A stretch of DNA of 46,161 bases, taken from Octopus bimaculoides (Eukaryota). The stretch spans positions 68,514,307 to 68,560,467 of the forward strand of contig NC_068987.1 in NCBI RefSeq assembly GCF_001194135.2, given 5' to 3'. How positions within the stretch are numbered: the stretch's first letter is position 1; each line of letters begins with the position of its first letter. Shown one piece after another: positions 26,960 through 39,269 of the stretch. The notes beneath the pieces are model-generated. The model had not been told where the DNA came from. It saw nothing but the letters and a program-made list of their open reading frames with translations, and ran no database searches. The position numbers and the translations under genes were made by a program.

Positions 26960-27410
26960 TCTGTACAATGTTATTTAATTCGAACTCTGGAAAGTTGATA
27001 CATGTAAGGCAAAGGTGGGTAGCCATAAAGTCTCTAGCGACAGAGCTGAGTAGGAAGGGATGAGAAAAGAGTTTACAGAAAAATCTGACAGGTGACACAT
27101 ATTAGGGGTAACGAGTGGAGAAGGACGAGTGCAACAAGTGGTTTTCAGAGGAGTTAGTGAACGGCTTGTTAATTCAGAGTACGAAGAGAAATAAACAAAG
27201 AGCTGGAAAGAAAGAGAAAAACAATAGTATGTCTGTAGACATTTTATTTTACATGTTGTGGATGTACTGTATGACAGTGAATTAGATAGATGCAACCCAA
27301 GGGTCTGAGATAGTTTTAGGATCGTAGCAGTCAATGATAATTGTCTTTCGCAGCGGATCAAAATCTGCCTCAGTATTGGAGAATATTTTAGCATTTGAAG
27401 AAGCTTAGTG
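26960..27410 (-). mobile_element. Decayed 3' end of a CR1-group (CR1/L2/Crack-like) LINE
   Basis: ORF 26975-27394(-) contains SYSELTSRSLTPLKTTCCTRPS...SVNSF..SYSAL..LWLP.F...TFQS, resembling the CSSEL..PL..TR.S.H...SFF.RT..LWNSLP...FKS C-terminus of these LINEs; alignment by eye. Confidence 0.5.
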
Positions 27411-27452
27411 TTTTAAATGCAGTCTTGGATATATTATACATGTGTGTGTGTT

Positions 27453-27833
27453 GTTGGCACTCCGTCGCTTACGACGTCGAGGGTTCCAGTTGATCCGATC
27501 AACGGAATAGCCTGCTCCCGAAATTAACGTGCAAGTAGCTGAGCACTCCACAGACACGTGTACCCTTAACGTAGTTCTCGGGGATATTCAGCGTGACACA
27601 GTGTGACAAGGCTGACCCTATGAATTACAGGCACAACGGAAACAGGAAGTAAGAGTGAGAGAAAGTTGTGGTGGAAGAGTACAGCAGGGTACACCACCAC
27701 CCCCTGCCGGAGCCTCGTGGAGCCTTAGGTGTTTTTCGCTCAATAAACACTCACAACGCGCAGTCTGGGAATCGAAACTGCGATCCTATGACTGCGAGTC
27801 CGCTGCCCTAACCACTGGGCCATTGCGCTTCCA
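27453..27833 (-). mobile_element. tRNA-derived SINE, family A, full length
   Basis: Highly similar over its length to 17489-17850 and 45885-46161; tRNA-like head at the 27833 end. Confidence 0.9.
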
Positions 27834-27929
27834 CTATACATGTGTAGTATCCACGAAAACATATCGCGATTATAAAACCAGGAATTTGCTGTAAAATTGT
27901 TGATTTCACCTGCGTATTTCATTAGGGGA

Positions 27930-28028
27930 AGGTGGCGATAAAATAAGTACTACCCAAGTACTGGAGTCAATGTAATCAACTAGGATCCTCCCTCAGGATT
28001 TCAGGTTTTCTGCCTATAGTAGAAAGTA
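27930..28028 (+). mobile_element. SINE family C, 3' fragment
   Basis: gataaaataagtactacccaagtactggagtcaatgtaatcaact...tttcaggttttctgcctatagtagaaag matches the family C 3' end seen inverted at 18697-18760 and 18950-18975. Confidence 0.5.
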
Positions 28029-28099
28029 TTATCGATGAGCAGGGGAGGCGAGGTGAACTGTTACGAGAATGCTTCTTTAATATGGAATATTTTAAGGAT

Positions 28100-28300
28100 G
28101 GTGAAGAGGACTAGGTGTATGTTTATAAAAGTAGTGCTTCCCTGGATGCAGCAGCAAGTTTATGTGTGGATGAATCTGGTTCACAAAACATTAAAGTGGA
28201 CTGATGGATAAGATCAACTTCAAAAAGAATAGATCATCATTGTACAGGTGAAATGTGTGCTAGATATAACCGAGTCCTAGACTTAATAGTATGCCAAAAG
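28100..28300 (+). mobile_element. Possible very old maT-like transposase fragment
   Basis: Translates in part as VVLPWMQQQVYVWM..KTLKW, resembling the VVLPW...YVWQQDSAP...TQxWL region, with a frameshifted SPDLN-like stretch near 28272. Confidence 0.3.
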
Positions 28301-28940
28301 GAGGGAGAGAGCTCCATGTAGACACACACACGTACACTTCAAGGGAGCAGTCACATAGGAATCTTGCGCCCTAAGAGATGAAATATTTCTGATCAACTTC
28401 GTTAAGGAATTCTCAAACAAAATATCATTGTTTAACTCCATGTCAGCTTTAATGCATCAGACATAATATTCAGTATATTCTAGCTGTATCTATCCTGTAT
28501 ATTTCTTATGTGGCATGACCATATTAATCATGATGTGTCCTTTCCTAAGATTGAGAAATGTGACTTGAAGACTTAGCTGCTTTCTAGAAGGTCGAATGAC
28601 CACACAATGGCTATCGTGTTCGAAAGTTTTTTTCCTAATGATAACAACAAAGCTCTCGTCAAAATTCGGAAGGATAAAAATACAACTAGTCTCGAGGGCT
28701 TTCAAAGATCACGAGCATTGTCCCTTACTCCAGACTCAGCTAGTAAAAATAACGAAAAAAGTAAAGAAGGAAATCAGATTTTCAATATAGCTAAATTTAT
28801 GGAAATATTACAGGTAGTTGCTGAGAATTTAAATTGAATATGGTGACTTTGTACGACTGTTACATAATATGCATAGAATATGTATAAGATAATATATATA
28901 TGATATATATATATATATAAATGTATGTATGTATTTATAT

Positions 28941-28979
<39 letters not shown>

Positions 28980-29021
28980 CATGTATTTATATATATGTGT
29001 ATATATATATATGTATATATG

Positions 29022-29053
<32 letters not shown>

Positions 29054-29729
29054 NNNNNNNNNNNNNNNNNNNNNNNNNNNNNNNNNNNNNNNNNNNNNNN
29101 NNNNNNNNNNNNNNNNNNNNNNNNNNNNNNNNNNNNNNNNNNNNNNNNNNNNNNNNNNNNNNNNNNNNNNNNNNNNNNNNNNNNNNNNNNNNNNNNNNNN
29201 NNNNNNNNNNNNNNNNNNNNNNNNNNNNNNNNNNNNNNNNNNNNNNNNNNNNNNNNNNNNNNNNNNNNNNNNNNNNNNNNNNNNNNNNNNNNNNNNNNNN
29301 NNNNNNNNNNNNNNNNNNNNNNNNNNNNNNNNNNNNNNNNNNNNNNNNNNNNNNNNNNNNNNNNNNNNNNNNNNNNNNNNNNNNNNNNNNNNNNNNNNNN
29401 NNNNNNNNNNNNNNNNNNNNNNNNNNNNNNNNNNNNNNNNNNNNNNNNNNNNNNNNNNNNNNNNNNNNNNNNNNNNNNNNNNNNNNNNNNNNNNNNNNNN
29501 NNNNNNNNNNNNNNNNNNNNNNNNNNNNNNNNNNNNNNNNNNNNNNNNNNNNNNNNNNNNNNNNNNNNNNNNNNNNNNNNNNNNNNNNNNNNNNNNNNNN
29601 NNNNNNNNNNNNNNNNNNNNNNNNNNNNNNNNNNNNNNNNNNNNNNNNNNNNNNNNNNNNNNNNNNNNNNNNNNNNNNNNNNNNNNNNNNNNNNNNNNNN
29701 NNNNNNNNNNNNNNNNNNNNNNNNNNNNN

Positions 29730-29939
29730 TCATACACAGACACACAAACACGCACATATACATATACATATATACGACGGGCTTCTTTCAGTTTCCGTCC
29801 ACCAAATCCACTCACAAGGCTTTGGTCGGCCCGAGGCTATAGTAGATGACACTTGCCCAAGATGCCACGCAGTGGGACTGAACCCGGAATCGTGTGGTTT
29901 GGCAAGCAAGCTACTTACCACACAACCACTCCTGCGCCT
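29730..29939 (-). mobile_element. tRNA-derived SINE, family B (head aggcgcaggagtgg..gtgtggtaag, CORE-like ttgggcaagtgtc); 3' part probably in the gap
   Basis: B-box gggttcagtcccac; matches 37440-37629 and 34026-34156. Confidence 0.85.
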
Positions 29940-29944
29940 TAAAA

Positions 29945-30120
29945 TTTTGGCATAAATCCAGCAATTTCGGGAAAGGGGATAATTCGATTACATGGGCTCA
30001 AGTACTCAACTGATACTTATTTTATCGACCCTGAAAGGATGGAAAGCAAAGTCGAGCTCGGCGGAATTTGAACTCAGAACGTAAAGATGGACGAAAAGCA
30101 GGTGTGCTGACAATTCTGCC
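29945..30120 (-). mobile_element. tRNA-derived SINE, family C (Meta/MESC/Sauria-like central domain)
   Basis: Minus strand: gttctgagttcaaattccgccgagctcgactttgctttccatcctttcagggtcgataaaataagtatcagttgagtac; B-box followed by a ..tttcatcctt..gggtcgataaaat.agtac motif. Domain naming is from memory. Confidence 0.7.
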
Positions 30121-30648
30121 TTACAGTATGCTAAAATATATTGGCTTCAACTGAGCAACATTAGATTTTGAAAGGTCCATTAAAAAAGCCTGTCAACTGA
30201 AAACACTTTGTTGAAAGATAGTATTCTGATCGACAATCTTTTGAGGGAAATCTAGCATTTTATTATCTAATGCATAATTTCTTTCTTTTTCTTTATGTTT
30301 TTATCGGTAGAAGTGATTTGATAGACATTTGGCTGCTATTTCTAGAAGGTCAGTCGTTCAGGTGAGGAAAGTTACCCTTGTAGATTCGCAAACCTCATTA
30401 ACAGAGTTCAAAGTAAAAATAATAAAAAGAGGAGCAGGCGGTAAGAAATTTGAGTTTGACTGTTGATAAAGGCTTCAGAGTCTTTTCATAGAGGTGTGTT
30501 GAAAGAATTTAGGAAAGGACTAATTAACAAATCTCAGGTTACTAGACGAAAAAAAAAAGAAAAGGAAATAAGAAGTAAAATCATCATTTGATTTGAACAA
30601 TCCCTAACTAATGATTTTGTCTGTTGGAAAATTCGGGAAACGATCCCT

Positions 30649-30702
<54 letters not shown>

Positions 30703-30796
30703 CACACATACATATAATGGCAATGAAACTATATATATGTGCGTTTATACGTACATATATATGCTAATTAATCATCCATAAAGTAACTGATATCAT

Positions 30797-30833
<37 letters not shown>

Positions 30834-30836
30834 ACA

Positions 30837-30870
<34 letters not shown>

Positions 30871-31389
30871 CACACCTGCAGATAATTATACGCAAAAAAT
30901 TATTTAAGTAAACAAATATAGCTATGTAGATGGCACTTAGTCGTGTTATTACGTTGATATATTGAACTGTTTCCTGGCATATCTGATAAGCATCGTTTTT
31001 TACTGCTTTATAAAGGAATATTCTTTTAGGTGAGACATTCAAAATCTATAATGGATCCATATAAAAGCAAGCATATGAGTGGCCTTAATATACAATACAT
31101 TAACTACATCATACAAAATATACGCTTTCACCCTCCGTGAATGGAAAAATTCAATGTGGCTGACTGTACGTTGTCGCTCAGAATTATAGAAGTACCAGCC
31201 AAGTCTCCATCAGATCACACTCTTACGTCTTAAGACATAAGAGTGAAACGGGGGAAGATCGTTGGATATTGGATAATAGTGTCCAAAATCACACAAGAAT
31301 GTTATGGCCGAAATGAATTTGATCTGGGTTACAATTATTCAACAACAAGAACAATTAAATGCGGTGCGAAGTTCGCTTTCCAACTATAT

Positions 31390-31478
31390 GGTCCCGGGTT
31401 CAGTCCCACTGCGTTGCAGCTTGGGCGAGTGTCTTCTACTAAACCTTTCAAGGCAGTGCCCCAGCATGGCCGCAGTCT
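31390..31478 (+). mobile_element. SINE family B fragment
   Basis: ggtcccgggttcagtcccactgcgttgcagcttgggcgagtgtcttctacta matches the family B B-box/core, joined to aaggcagtgccccagcatggccgcagtc from the family tail. Confidence 0.7.
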
Positions 31479-31699
31479 TCAAGTAAGAAAAAGGAAAAAT
31501 GATAAAACAAATAGCTGATTATTATCAGAGTCGAAGTTAACTTCTGTCAGTTACTCTATGAAAGAAAATGTGGAGTAAGCTATCACGGACAATGAAATTA
31601 CCACCAACAATATTAGTTAGGACTCATAAACGTCCAAAGAGAAGTTATATAATTTCAAAATAGATGCATTGTTATTGTTTTACCCTCGGTCGCTTAAAA

Positions 31700-31850
31700 T
31701 TAAACAGATGTATGATCAAAAGTCTTTCAGTCGTGATTATCTTGTCTATTTAAGTGTATGTAGTACACTCTGAGCTTTCTTCTTTTTGAGAGTGATTTAA
31801 CTGCTATTTCTAGCATTTTAAGTGACCATGTAAAGCTACCTTCGATTATT
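31700..31850 (+). repeat. Old dispersed repeat family (tgatcaaa...cagtcgtga and gctatttctagc motifs)
   Basis: Related motifs recur at about 14780-14945, 30330-30365, 32165-32225, 38275-38345 and inverted at about 42045-42200; too diverged to classify. Confidence 0.4.
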
Positions 31851-32774
31851 CGCTGTAAAGTTATCTATAAGTGAAATATCCAATAAAACAAAGACTTGAA
31901 ATACATCTACGTCTTTATATGATGTTCTTGTTTGTGTTCCAGTTATCGTGTACCACTGGGAAAGGAGCATCGCATCTTATCTACTTTGCTTCACGTTTTC
32001 ACTTTTAATGTGTCTATAACATTATTCCAAGCGTTTTGTTCAAAATCTAAGACGATAAAGGGGTTCGCAGGTATTTAGCATCTATCACTGACTACTCCTA
32101 GTGCGTCTGTATAGAGAATCTCCTGTTGGTTGTCGTCATTATTGTTCTCCTCGTCGCTCTGTTTCAGCCCTGACTGAACAGATAACTGATCATAAGCATT
32201 CCAGCTCTGACCATCCCATATTTCTCCTATGTACAAGGAATTTAAGATCACATTAACCAGCAGGTCGGAAAACACATAATTGGTAAAGAGAATTGGTTGA
32301 TCTGTACATCAGCTGCTCAGTACAAAGACAAATGCTTTTGATATAGTTGTCTGTTATGCATTGTTGTAAAATCAGCTACCGAGTAGAAACACACAACAAA
32401 ATAGCCAAAAGTTGCCGGAAGAGGTAAGTATCCATAGCAGACCAATAGGAAGCTCGTAGTATTGTACTTCGTCTAAAGATCTACATCAGTGCACAAGGCA
32501 ATATCACAGAATACTTCCGCCGGACTAAGAAGCCAGAGATGCTACACTACACAAATATAAAAACTAAAATAAGGGTAAAATAAACTATAGATAATAGAGC
32601 GAACTGCACTTAATAAATCTGTGGAATGGTGAGGGTGAATGAAAGATTTCTAGGTTCTCTATTTGAAAATTTCCAAACTTAATCTGCTGGAGATTTACAC
32701 CAAAACTCACCTTTCACAAGCATCATATGCGCTCTTACACAAACATTAACGTACATACATCTGCACAAACTAAT

Positions 32775-32812
<38 letters not shown>

Positions 32813-32999
32813 ACATGTGCACAAACCAACGCCAAAGACATAACTAACACGCACACACTCAAACAAACTATTCCAAGCATGAGAAATATTACATATACTA
32901 CATAAGCATACATAATACATAAAGCAAGCCAAGCGCACACACACACACATACAAACAATCGCCCTCGTACGAACTAACACACACACACACACACACACG

Positions 33000-33035
<36 letters not shown>

Positions 33036-33842
33036 CATATGCAAACACAAACCTACTAATACAGTTTGCACGCACATGGAAGTCTAAACTCAGTCAACAT
33101 AAATGCTTATTATTTTATGTCCAACAAAAGGGACTTGCCATTCTCTGCTAAAGGGCACACACACACACACATAAATGTGTGCATATACACACACATATAA
33201 ATGTGCTCTCAAATACACATATACATTACTAAAGCTAAAAGTTTGCCACTTATAACATCCATGTCTCTACATGTATGAAAATGTATATATACAATTTAAA
33301 ATGTTCCACAGTTTCCCAATACTCTAAAAGTGCATGTATACATACATAGACATAAGATTTCGTATAAATTTTACAATGATGTATACAAAAAGTAAATATG
33401 CCTATATTTGTAAACTTGTTCATATATGAATGTACACACACACACACACACACACGCACATACACATATATATACACAGAAATTTACGTACAGTCACATA
33501 CACAAATCAACATGCATTACACTTACAAACGAATAAGCACATAAACACATGTATACCACCACATACATATACAAACATAAGTACCCATATGGATACATGT
33601 ATATAAAGAAACACACACGTATTTGTTCATACATATAGGAAAATGTGTGTGTGTATGTGTGTGTAAACAGATAGTTCAGATATAATATTGATACGATTGG
33701 GAGTAAACATTCTAAATGCGCCCTCTTCAATAGCACCACGGCAAGAACAGGCATCTCGGGAGCGGAACATATGAGTATATAAGGATGTATGCCAATAGAG
33801 ATACGTGGGCGTGCTCATATGTATATTATATATATATATATG

Positions 33843-34005
33843 GAAAAATGTACGAAAAAAACAACAGACGAGGACAGGTTGTGTAAACAACAAAAGGATG
33901 TATTAGTATGACGCTCGGGAATATGGAAAGTCTTTTACGTTTCGAGCTACGCTCTTCAACAGAAAGAATACGGAGACAAGGAGAAAAACACGGAGAAAAA
34001 AACAT
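33843..34005 (-). mobile_element. Short repeat with hammerhead-like motif and (TA)n tail (Penelope pLTR-like or retrozyme-like)
   Basis: Homologous in inverted orientation to 39270-39445: shared ttt-ctgttg..agcgtag..tcgaaacgtaaaagac, ctaa.acat/c...ttgttgttta.ac.cctgtc.tcgtct.tt and a terminal (TA)n. Confidence 0.65.
33931..33967 (-). ncRNA. Minimal type I hammerhead ribozyme-like motif with variant core (CUGUUGA)
   Basis: RNA: UCUUU-CUGUUGA-A-GAGC-GUA-GCUC-GAAAC-GUA-AAAGA. Stem I UCUUU/AAAGA has 5 bp, stem II GAGC/GCUC has 4 bp, a palindromic ACGU sits in the stem III position, and the putative cleavage triplet is GUA. A6 is replaced by U. Confidence 0.55.
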
Positions 34006-34025
34006 TCAATAGTGTCCAGTCAGCG

Positions 34026-34156
34026 AGGCGCAGGAGTGGCTGTGTGGTAAGAAGCTTGCTTCCCAACCACATGGTTGTGTCTTCTACTACAGTCTCGGAA
34101 AGACCAAAGCCTTATGAGTGGATTTGGTAACGGAGAATGAAAGAAGTCCGTTGTAT
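34026..34156 (+). mobile_element. SINE family B, internally deleted (B-box segment missing)
   Basis: aggcgcaggagtggctgtgtggtaagaagcttgcttcccaaccacatggtt joins directly to gtgtcttctactacag...gtggatttggtaacgg; the gggttcagtcccactgcg...gggcaa block seen in other copies is absent. Confidence 0.8.
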
Positions 34157-35191
34157 CTATATATCTATCTATCTATCTATNNNNNNNNNNNNNNNNNNNN
34201 NNNNNNNNNNNNNNNNNNNNNNNNNNNNNNNNNNNNNNNNNNNNNNNNNNNNNNNNNNNNNNNNNNNNNNNNNNNNNNNNNNNNNNNNNNNNNNNNNNNN
34301 NNNNNNNNNNNNNNNNNNNNNNNNNNNNNNNNNNNNNNNNNNNNNNNNNNNNNNNNNNNNNNNNNNNNNNNNNNNNNNNNNNNNNNNNNNNNNNNNNNNN
34401 NNNNNNNNNNNNNNNNNNNNNNNNNNNNNNNNNNNNNNNNNNNNNNNNNNNNNNNNNNNNNNNNNNNNNNNNNNNNNNNNNNNNNNNNNNNNNNNNNNNN
34501 NNNNNNNNNNNNNNNNNNNNNNNNNNNNNNNNNNNNNNNNNNNNNNNNNNNNNNNNNNNNNNNNNNNNNNNNNNNNNNNNNNNNNNNNNNNNNNNNNNNN
34601 NNNNNNNNNNNNNNNNNNNNNNNNNNNNNNNNNNNNNNNNNNNNNNNNNNNNNNNNNNNNNNNNNNNNNNNNNNNNNNNNNNNNNNNNNNNNNNNNNNNN
34701 NNNNNNNNNNNNNNNNNNNNNNNNNNNNNNNNNNNNNNNNNNNNNNNNNNNNNNNNNNNNNNNNNNNNNNNNNNNNNNNNNNNNNNNNNNNNNNNNNNNN
34801 NNNNNNNNNNNNNNNNNNNNNNNNNNNNNNNNNNNNNNNNNNNNNNNNNNNNNNNNNNNNNNNNNNNNNNNNNNNNNNNNNNNNNNNNNNNNNNNNNNNN
34901 NNNNNNNNNNNNNNNNNNNNNNNNNNNNNNNNNNNNNNNNNNNNNNNNNNNNNNNNNNNNNNNNNNNNNNNNNNNNNNNNNNNNNNNNNNNNNNNNNNNN
35001 NNNNNNNNNNNNNNNNNNNNNNNNNNNNNNNNNNNNNNGTTTCTTGATATCTTGTTGTCTGCCTAACTCCTCTTTTCTCTCTCTTTCTCTCTCATTCTGT
35101 TTCCAGCAGCATTTTTAACACTCAACTTATTTTATATTTCAAATCTTCAAAAATTAAAACAAAACACAGCACAGCACGCGAGTCTACACAC

Positions 35192-35236
<45 letters not shown>

Positions 35237-35613
35237 CACACACACACACGCGCGCGTACCTACAAGCACAGACACACATACATACCTACAAACACATACA
35301 TAATACACCTTCACACAAACATACTATATATCCTCACACTGACATTCATACATACACGCGTACAAGCATTCATTCATATATAATTGAACATCACTCTCAT
35401 ACATGTTCATGCACGCACACACACACACGCACATACATGCACACACACTCATGCGCACAACCATAGATTCCTTCTCCTCCCCTTCATCTTCTACCTCGTA
35501 AAATACAAGACAAACAGCCAAAAATCCTATCTCGTACCTTTGACGGCCTCTTTGCTATAACCACACACACACATATAAATACGAATACGTATGTATATAT
35601 GTATGCATGCATG

Positions 35614-35670
<57 letters not shown>

Positions 35671-36402
35671 GTGTATGTATGCATGGTTATTGTTGCTTTG
35701 TCTTTTGTTTTGTTCAAGAATTTCTACATTTCTTCCCTTTCCGCTCGACTCCCAACTCCACTCCATCTCGTCTACCCCCCCCCCCNNNNNNNNNNNNNNN
35801 NNNNNNNNNNNNNNNNNNNNNNNNNNNNNNNNNNNNNNNNNNNNNNNNNNNNNNNNNNNNNNNNNNNNNNNNNNNNNNNNNNNNNNNNNNNNNNNNNNNN
35901 NNNNNNNNNNNNNNNNNNNNNNNNNNNNNNNNNNNNNNNNNNNNNNNNNNNNNNNNNNNNNNNNNNNNNNNNNNNNNNNNNNNNNNNNNNNNNNNNNNNN
36001 NNNNNNNNNNNNNNNNNNNNNNNNNNNNNNNNNNNNNNNNNNNNNNNNNNNNNNNNNNNNNNNNNNNNNNNNNNNNNNNNNNNNNNNNNNNNNNNNNNNN
36101 NNNNNNNNNNNNNNNNNNNNNNNNNNNNNNNNNNNNNNNNNNNNNNNNNNNNNNNNNNNNNNNNNNNNNNNNNNNNNNNNNNNNNNNNNNNNNNNNNNNN
36201 NNNNNNNNNNNNNNNNNNNNNNNNNNNNNNNNNNNNNNNNNNNNNNNNNNNNNNNNNNNNNNNNNNNNNNNNNNNNNNNNNNNNNNNNNNNNNNNNNNCT
36301 TCGACTTTGATACATCGGCACTGCCTTGAGCTTAATATGGATGCGAAGGAATGCTGAACCACGACGCTCATACCTGTTTTACTGGAATTATGATAACTAC
36401 TG

Positions 36403-36438
<36 letters not shown>

Positions 36439-36694
36439 TAGCAATGTACTTGTGTTGGCCGATACAGTAGTGTATTAGACTAAATGTAATATACAGTGAA
36501 TATAGTATTGTAGTGACTTTAGTTCTGGTATTAAATCCATGTGTTCGTTGATCAACTTCGTTTCTTGATCCCTCTAGCTTCAGAAGCGATACATTTAGTT
36601 GCAATTATACATGCATCATATATATTTTTGCAACTAAGGAAGCTGCTTCGTGGTGACTATTTATTTGCAAGTATTAATTATATATGGTTTCTAA

Positions 36695-36864
36695 GCCAGT
36701 AAGCAAACAGAATAGCATGCCGGACTAAATGCTTAGCGGTATTTCGTCCGTCTTTACGTTCTGATTTCAAATTCCCTAAAAGTCGACTATGCCTTTCATC
36801 CTTCCAGTGTTGATACAGTAAATACCAGTCAAGTACTGTGGGCGATGCAATCGACTTCACCCGC
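36695..36864 (+). mobile_element. SINE family C copy
   Basis: tttcgtccgtctttacgttctgatttcaaattccctaaaagtcgactatgcctttcatccttccagtgttgatacagtaaataccagtcaagtactg is similar to the reverse complement of 29990-30100. Confidence 0.7.
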
Positions 36865-37260
36865 ACTTTGTCAAACATTGGAACCATTAATTACATATAG
36901 ACATTTTTCTCTCGCTTTCACTCTTTCTTTTTCCTTTACTGTTTCTCCTCTCCCACTTTTTTCTGTTTCAGTAACAACCAATCATTTACTGGGGTCTGGA
37001 TACATAAACATATGTGATTCGAAACCTTTCTGTAAGCATCGTCATCTAATGAATGACATCAGTTAATTTGATTAATGAATCTGGAGTATATATGACAAAC
37101 ATCAGCGGGAAGAAAAAAATTCTTGCAGGACAACACTCATTCTTCTTCCAGCTAATTTCGCGATATAAGTTCTTTCGCTGTGCCCGACGCCAAGAGTGTA
37201 GTCTGTTTAAATTTCCAAGTATAAACACTTTATTTTATTTATTTATTTACTCTTTGTTTT

Positions 37261-37629
37261 TGTTTCAGTCATTTGACTGCGGTCATGCTGGAGCACCGCC
37301 TTTAGTCGAACAAATCGACCCCAGAACTTATTCTTTGTAAGCCTAGTACTTATTCTATCGAACCCTTTTGCCGAACCGCTAAGTTACGGAGACGTAAACA
37401 CAGACACACAAGCATACGCACACATATATACATCGTATATATACGACGGGATTCTTTTCAGTTTCCGTCTACCAAATCCACTCACAAGGTTTTGGTCGGT
37501 CCGAGGATATAGTAGAAGACACTTGCCCAAGGTATCACAAAGTGGGACTGAACCCACTTTGTGATATAGTTGGTAAGTATATGTGTGGTTGGTAAGCAAG
37601 CTACTTACCACACAGCCACGCCTGCACCT
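37261..37629 (-). mobile_element. tRNA-derived SINE, family B, near full length with internal CA/TA microsatellite
   Basis: 37440-37629 matches the 29771-29939 copy; continues through a short (CA/TA) tract into gtttcagtcatttgactgcggtcatgctggagcaccgcc, whose reverse complement also appears near 31450-31478 and 20525-20541. Confidence 0.8.
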
Positions 37630-39269
37630 ATTTAGTTATTTATTCATTTTGCTTTTTACATTGGTAGAATATTTATAATCTTGCAGTATTTGAGGTACTG
37701 AGTGTTTGTATCAGGCAAGTACTAACAGGTTGGTTTTTCTTTATGAGATCTATACATATCCACTAGATATATTTTGTTTTGCTTTGGCAGATGTGGTCGC
37801 AATTGGTAAGCTGATCGGGAATATTCGCATCTATATAACCCAGGTAAGTGGTCACGCAATGAGAAGAACGCAAAGGTAGATATAGTAAATAGCTTTATGC
37901 ATATAATTTTGCTAGATGAAAACTTAACGATTTCAGTCAGAGTGTGAACTGAAAATCATTGGATCTACGCAAACTAATGTGATTATAGAAAGAGCCTTGA
38001 TAACTCTCACTATTACCATGATTATTAGCATTATTACTATCATTGCAGCCATTGCACTGTTCCTCTTTCTATACCATATCTTTGCTTACAGTATATATAA
38101 GCCCTGAGTGAGAGTTATAACATCTGCTCATGTGGTCAGAAGACAATAAACATCAAGTATTCTTACACTGTCTGTATCTTTGAGTTCTTTCTTATTATGG
38201 ACATCTGTCATCTTTTGAAGAGAATCTGTATCATTTAAAACATTATACATAAAGCAGTATGTTGGTTTTGTTACTGGTTAGCCCCAGGTCATCACCAACG
38301 GAACAAACTTATAATGAAAGATGTCTCCGCGGTGACTCCACTTTTTTTTTTTTTTTGCATATCCTTTGTTTTTCTAAGATAGTAGGATATTTGACTGATA
38401 TTTCTATCTGGTCGAGTACCGAGTAGAAGCTCCTTCATGTGAATTATATTTGTCTTCTTGAAATAAATGTGGCTTTTATAACTTAATCCAGTCTATCACA
38501 GATTTCTCGCACGAGAAATTTCTTTCAGTACTGCTAATTTGACGAATAATTCATTAGTTCCACAGTTGTGACTCTCTAGCGTTCATGGTAACTCCTTTTA
38601 CTGAGACGAACTAAGTTTTGGAGAGCTATCTATTTTGGCGACCAACATATGTGTAGTTTGCATTCGAAATATTGTCTTTGCACAGGAGCCATCCGAACCC
38701 TTGCCTTCGCAGTGAACAGGAATTAATCTTCTCTCTTCACACCTTTGCGACACATGGTCTCAACTCCTCTTCTCTCTTCATCTGACTCCCATCGTATCCT
38801 CTCTTGCCCTGACACCTACTTCCTCTCTTCACTACTATTCACCTTCTCCCTTCATGGATACCTCCTCCCTCTACACCCCACTCCCACAATCTCCACCCCT
38901 ACCCACCCACCTTCACCCAAAACCTACACCACACCCTCTCATCCCTACACCCCAACACTGCCACCTCACACCACACCACACCACATCACATCACCCTACA
39001 CAGACTAGCACTGACCACTTCCCAGCACCCTACACCATCATCCACACGCTCACACATTACAGACGCACACACACCCGCACACATCCACACGTCAAAGTCA
39101 TAAGCTCCTATCCACACTTACACACTTACGCACTCCCACATACACATACATACGTGCACCTTCATTTTGGGATCGCTAATACTTTATTATCTGCGCTTCT
39201 TCCTCGCTCTCCTGTCTAAGTAGATTTGTCCAGCCAGTCGCCATGATTGACCGCTAACTCCAAAAGTGT

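Noticed and set aside
28607-28837. 76-aa ORF MAIVFESFFPND...
   Set aside because: No recognisable motif; the A-rich strand bias explains the open frame; no good splice signals.
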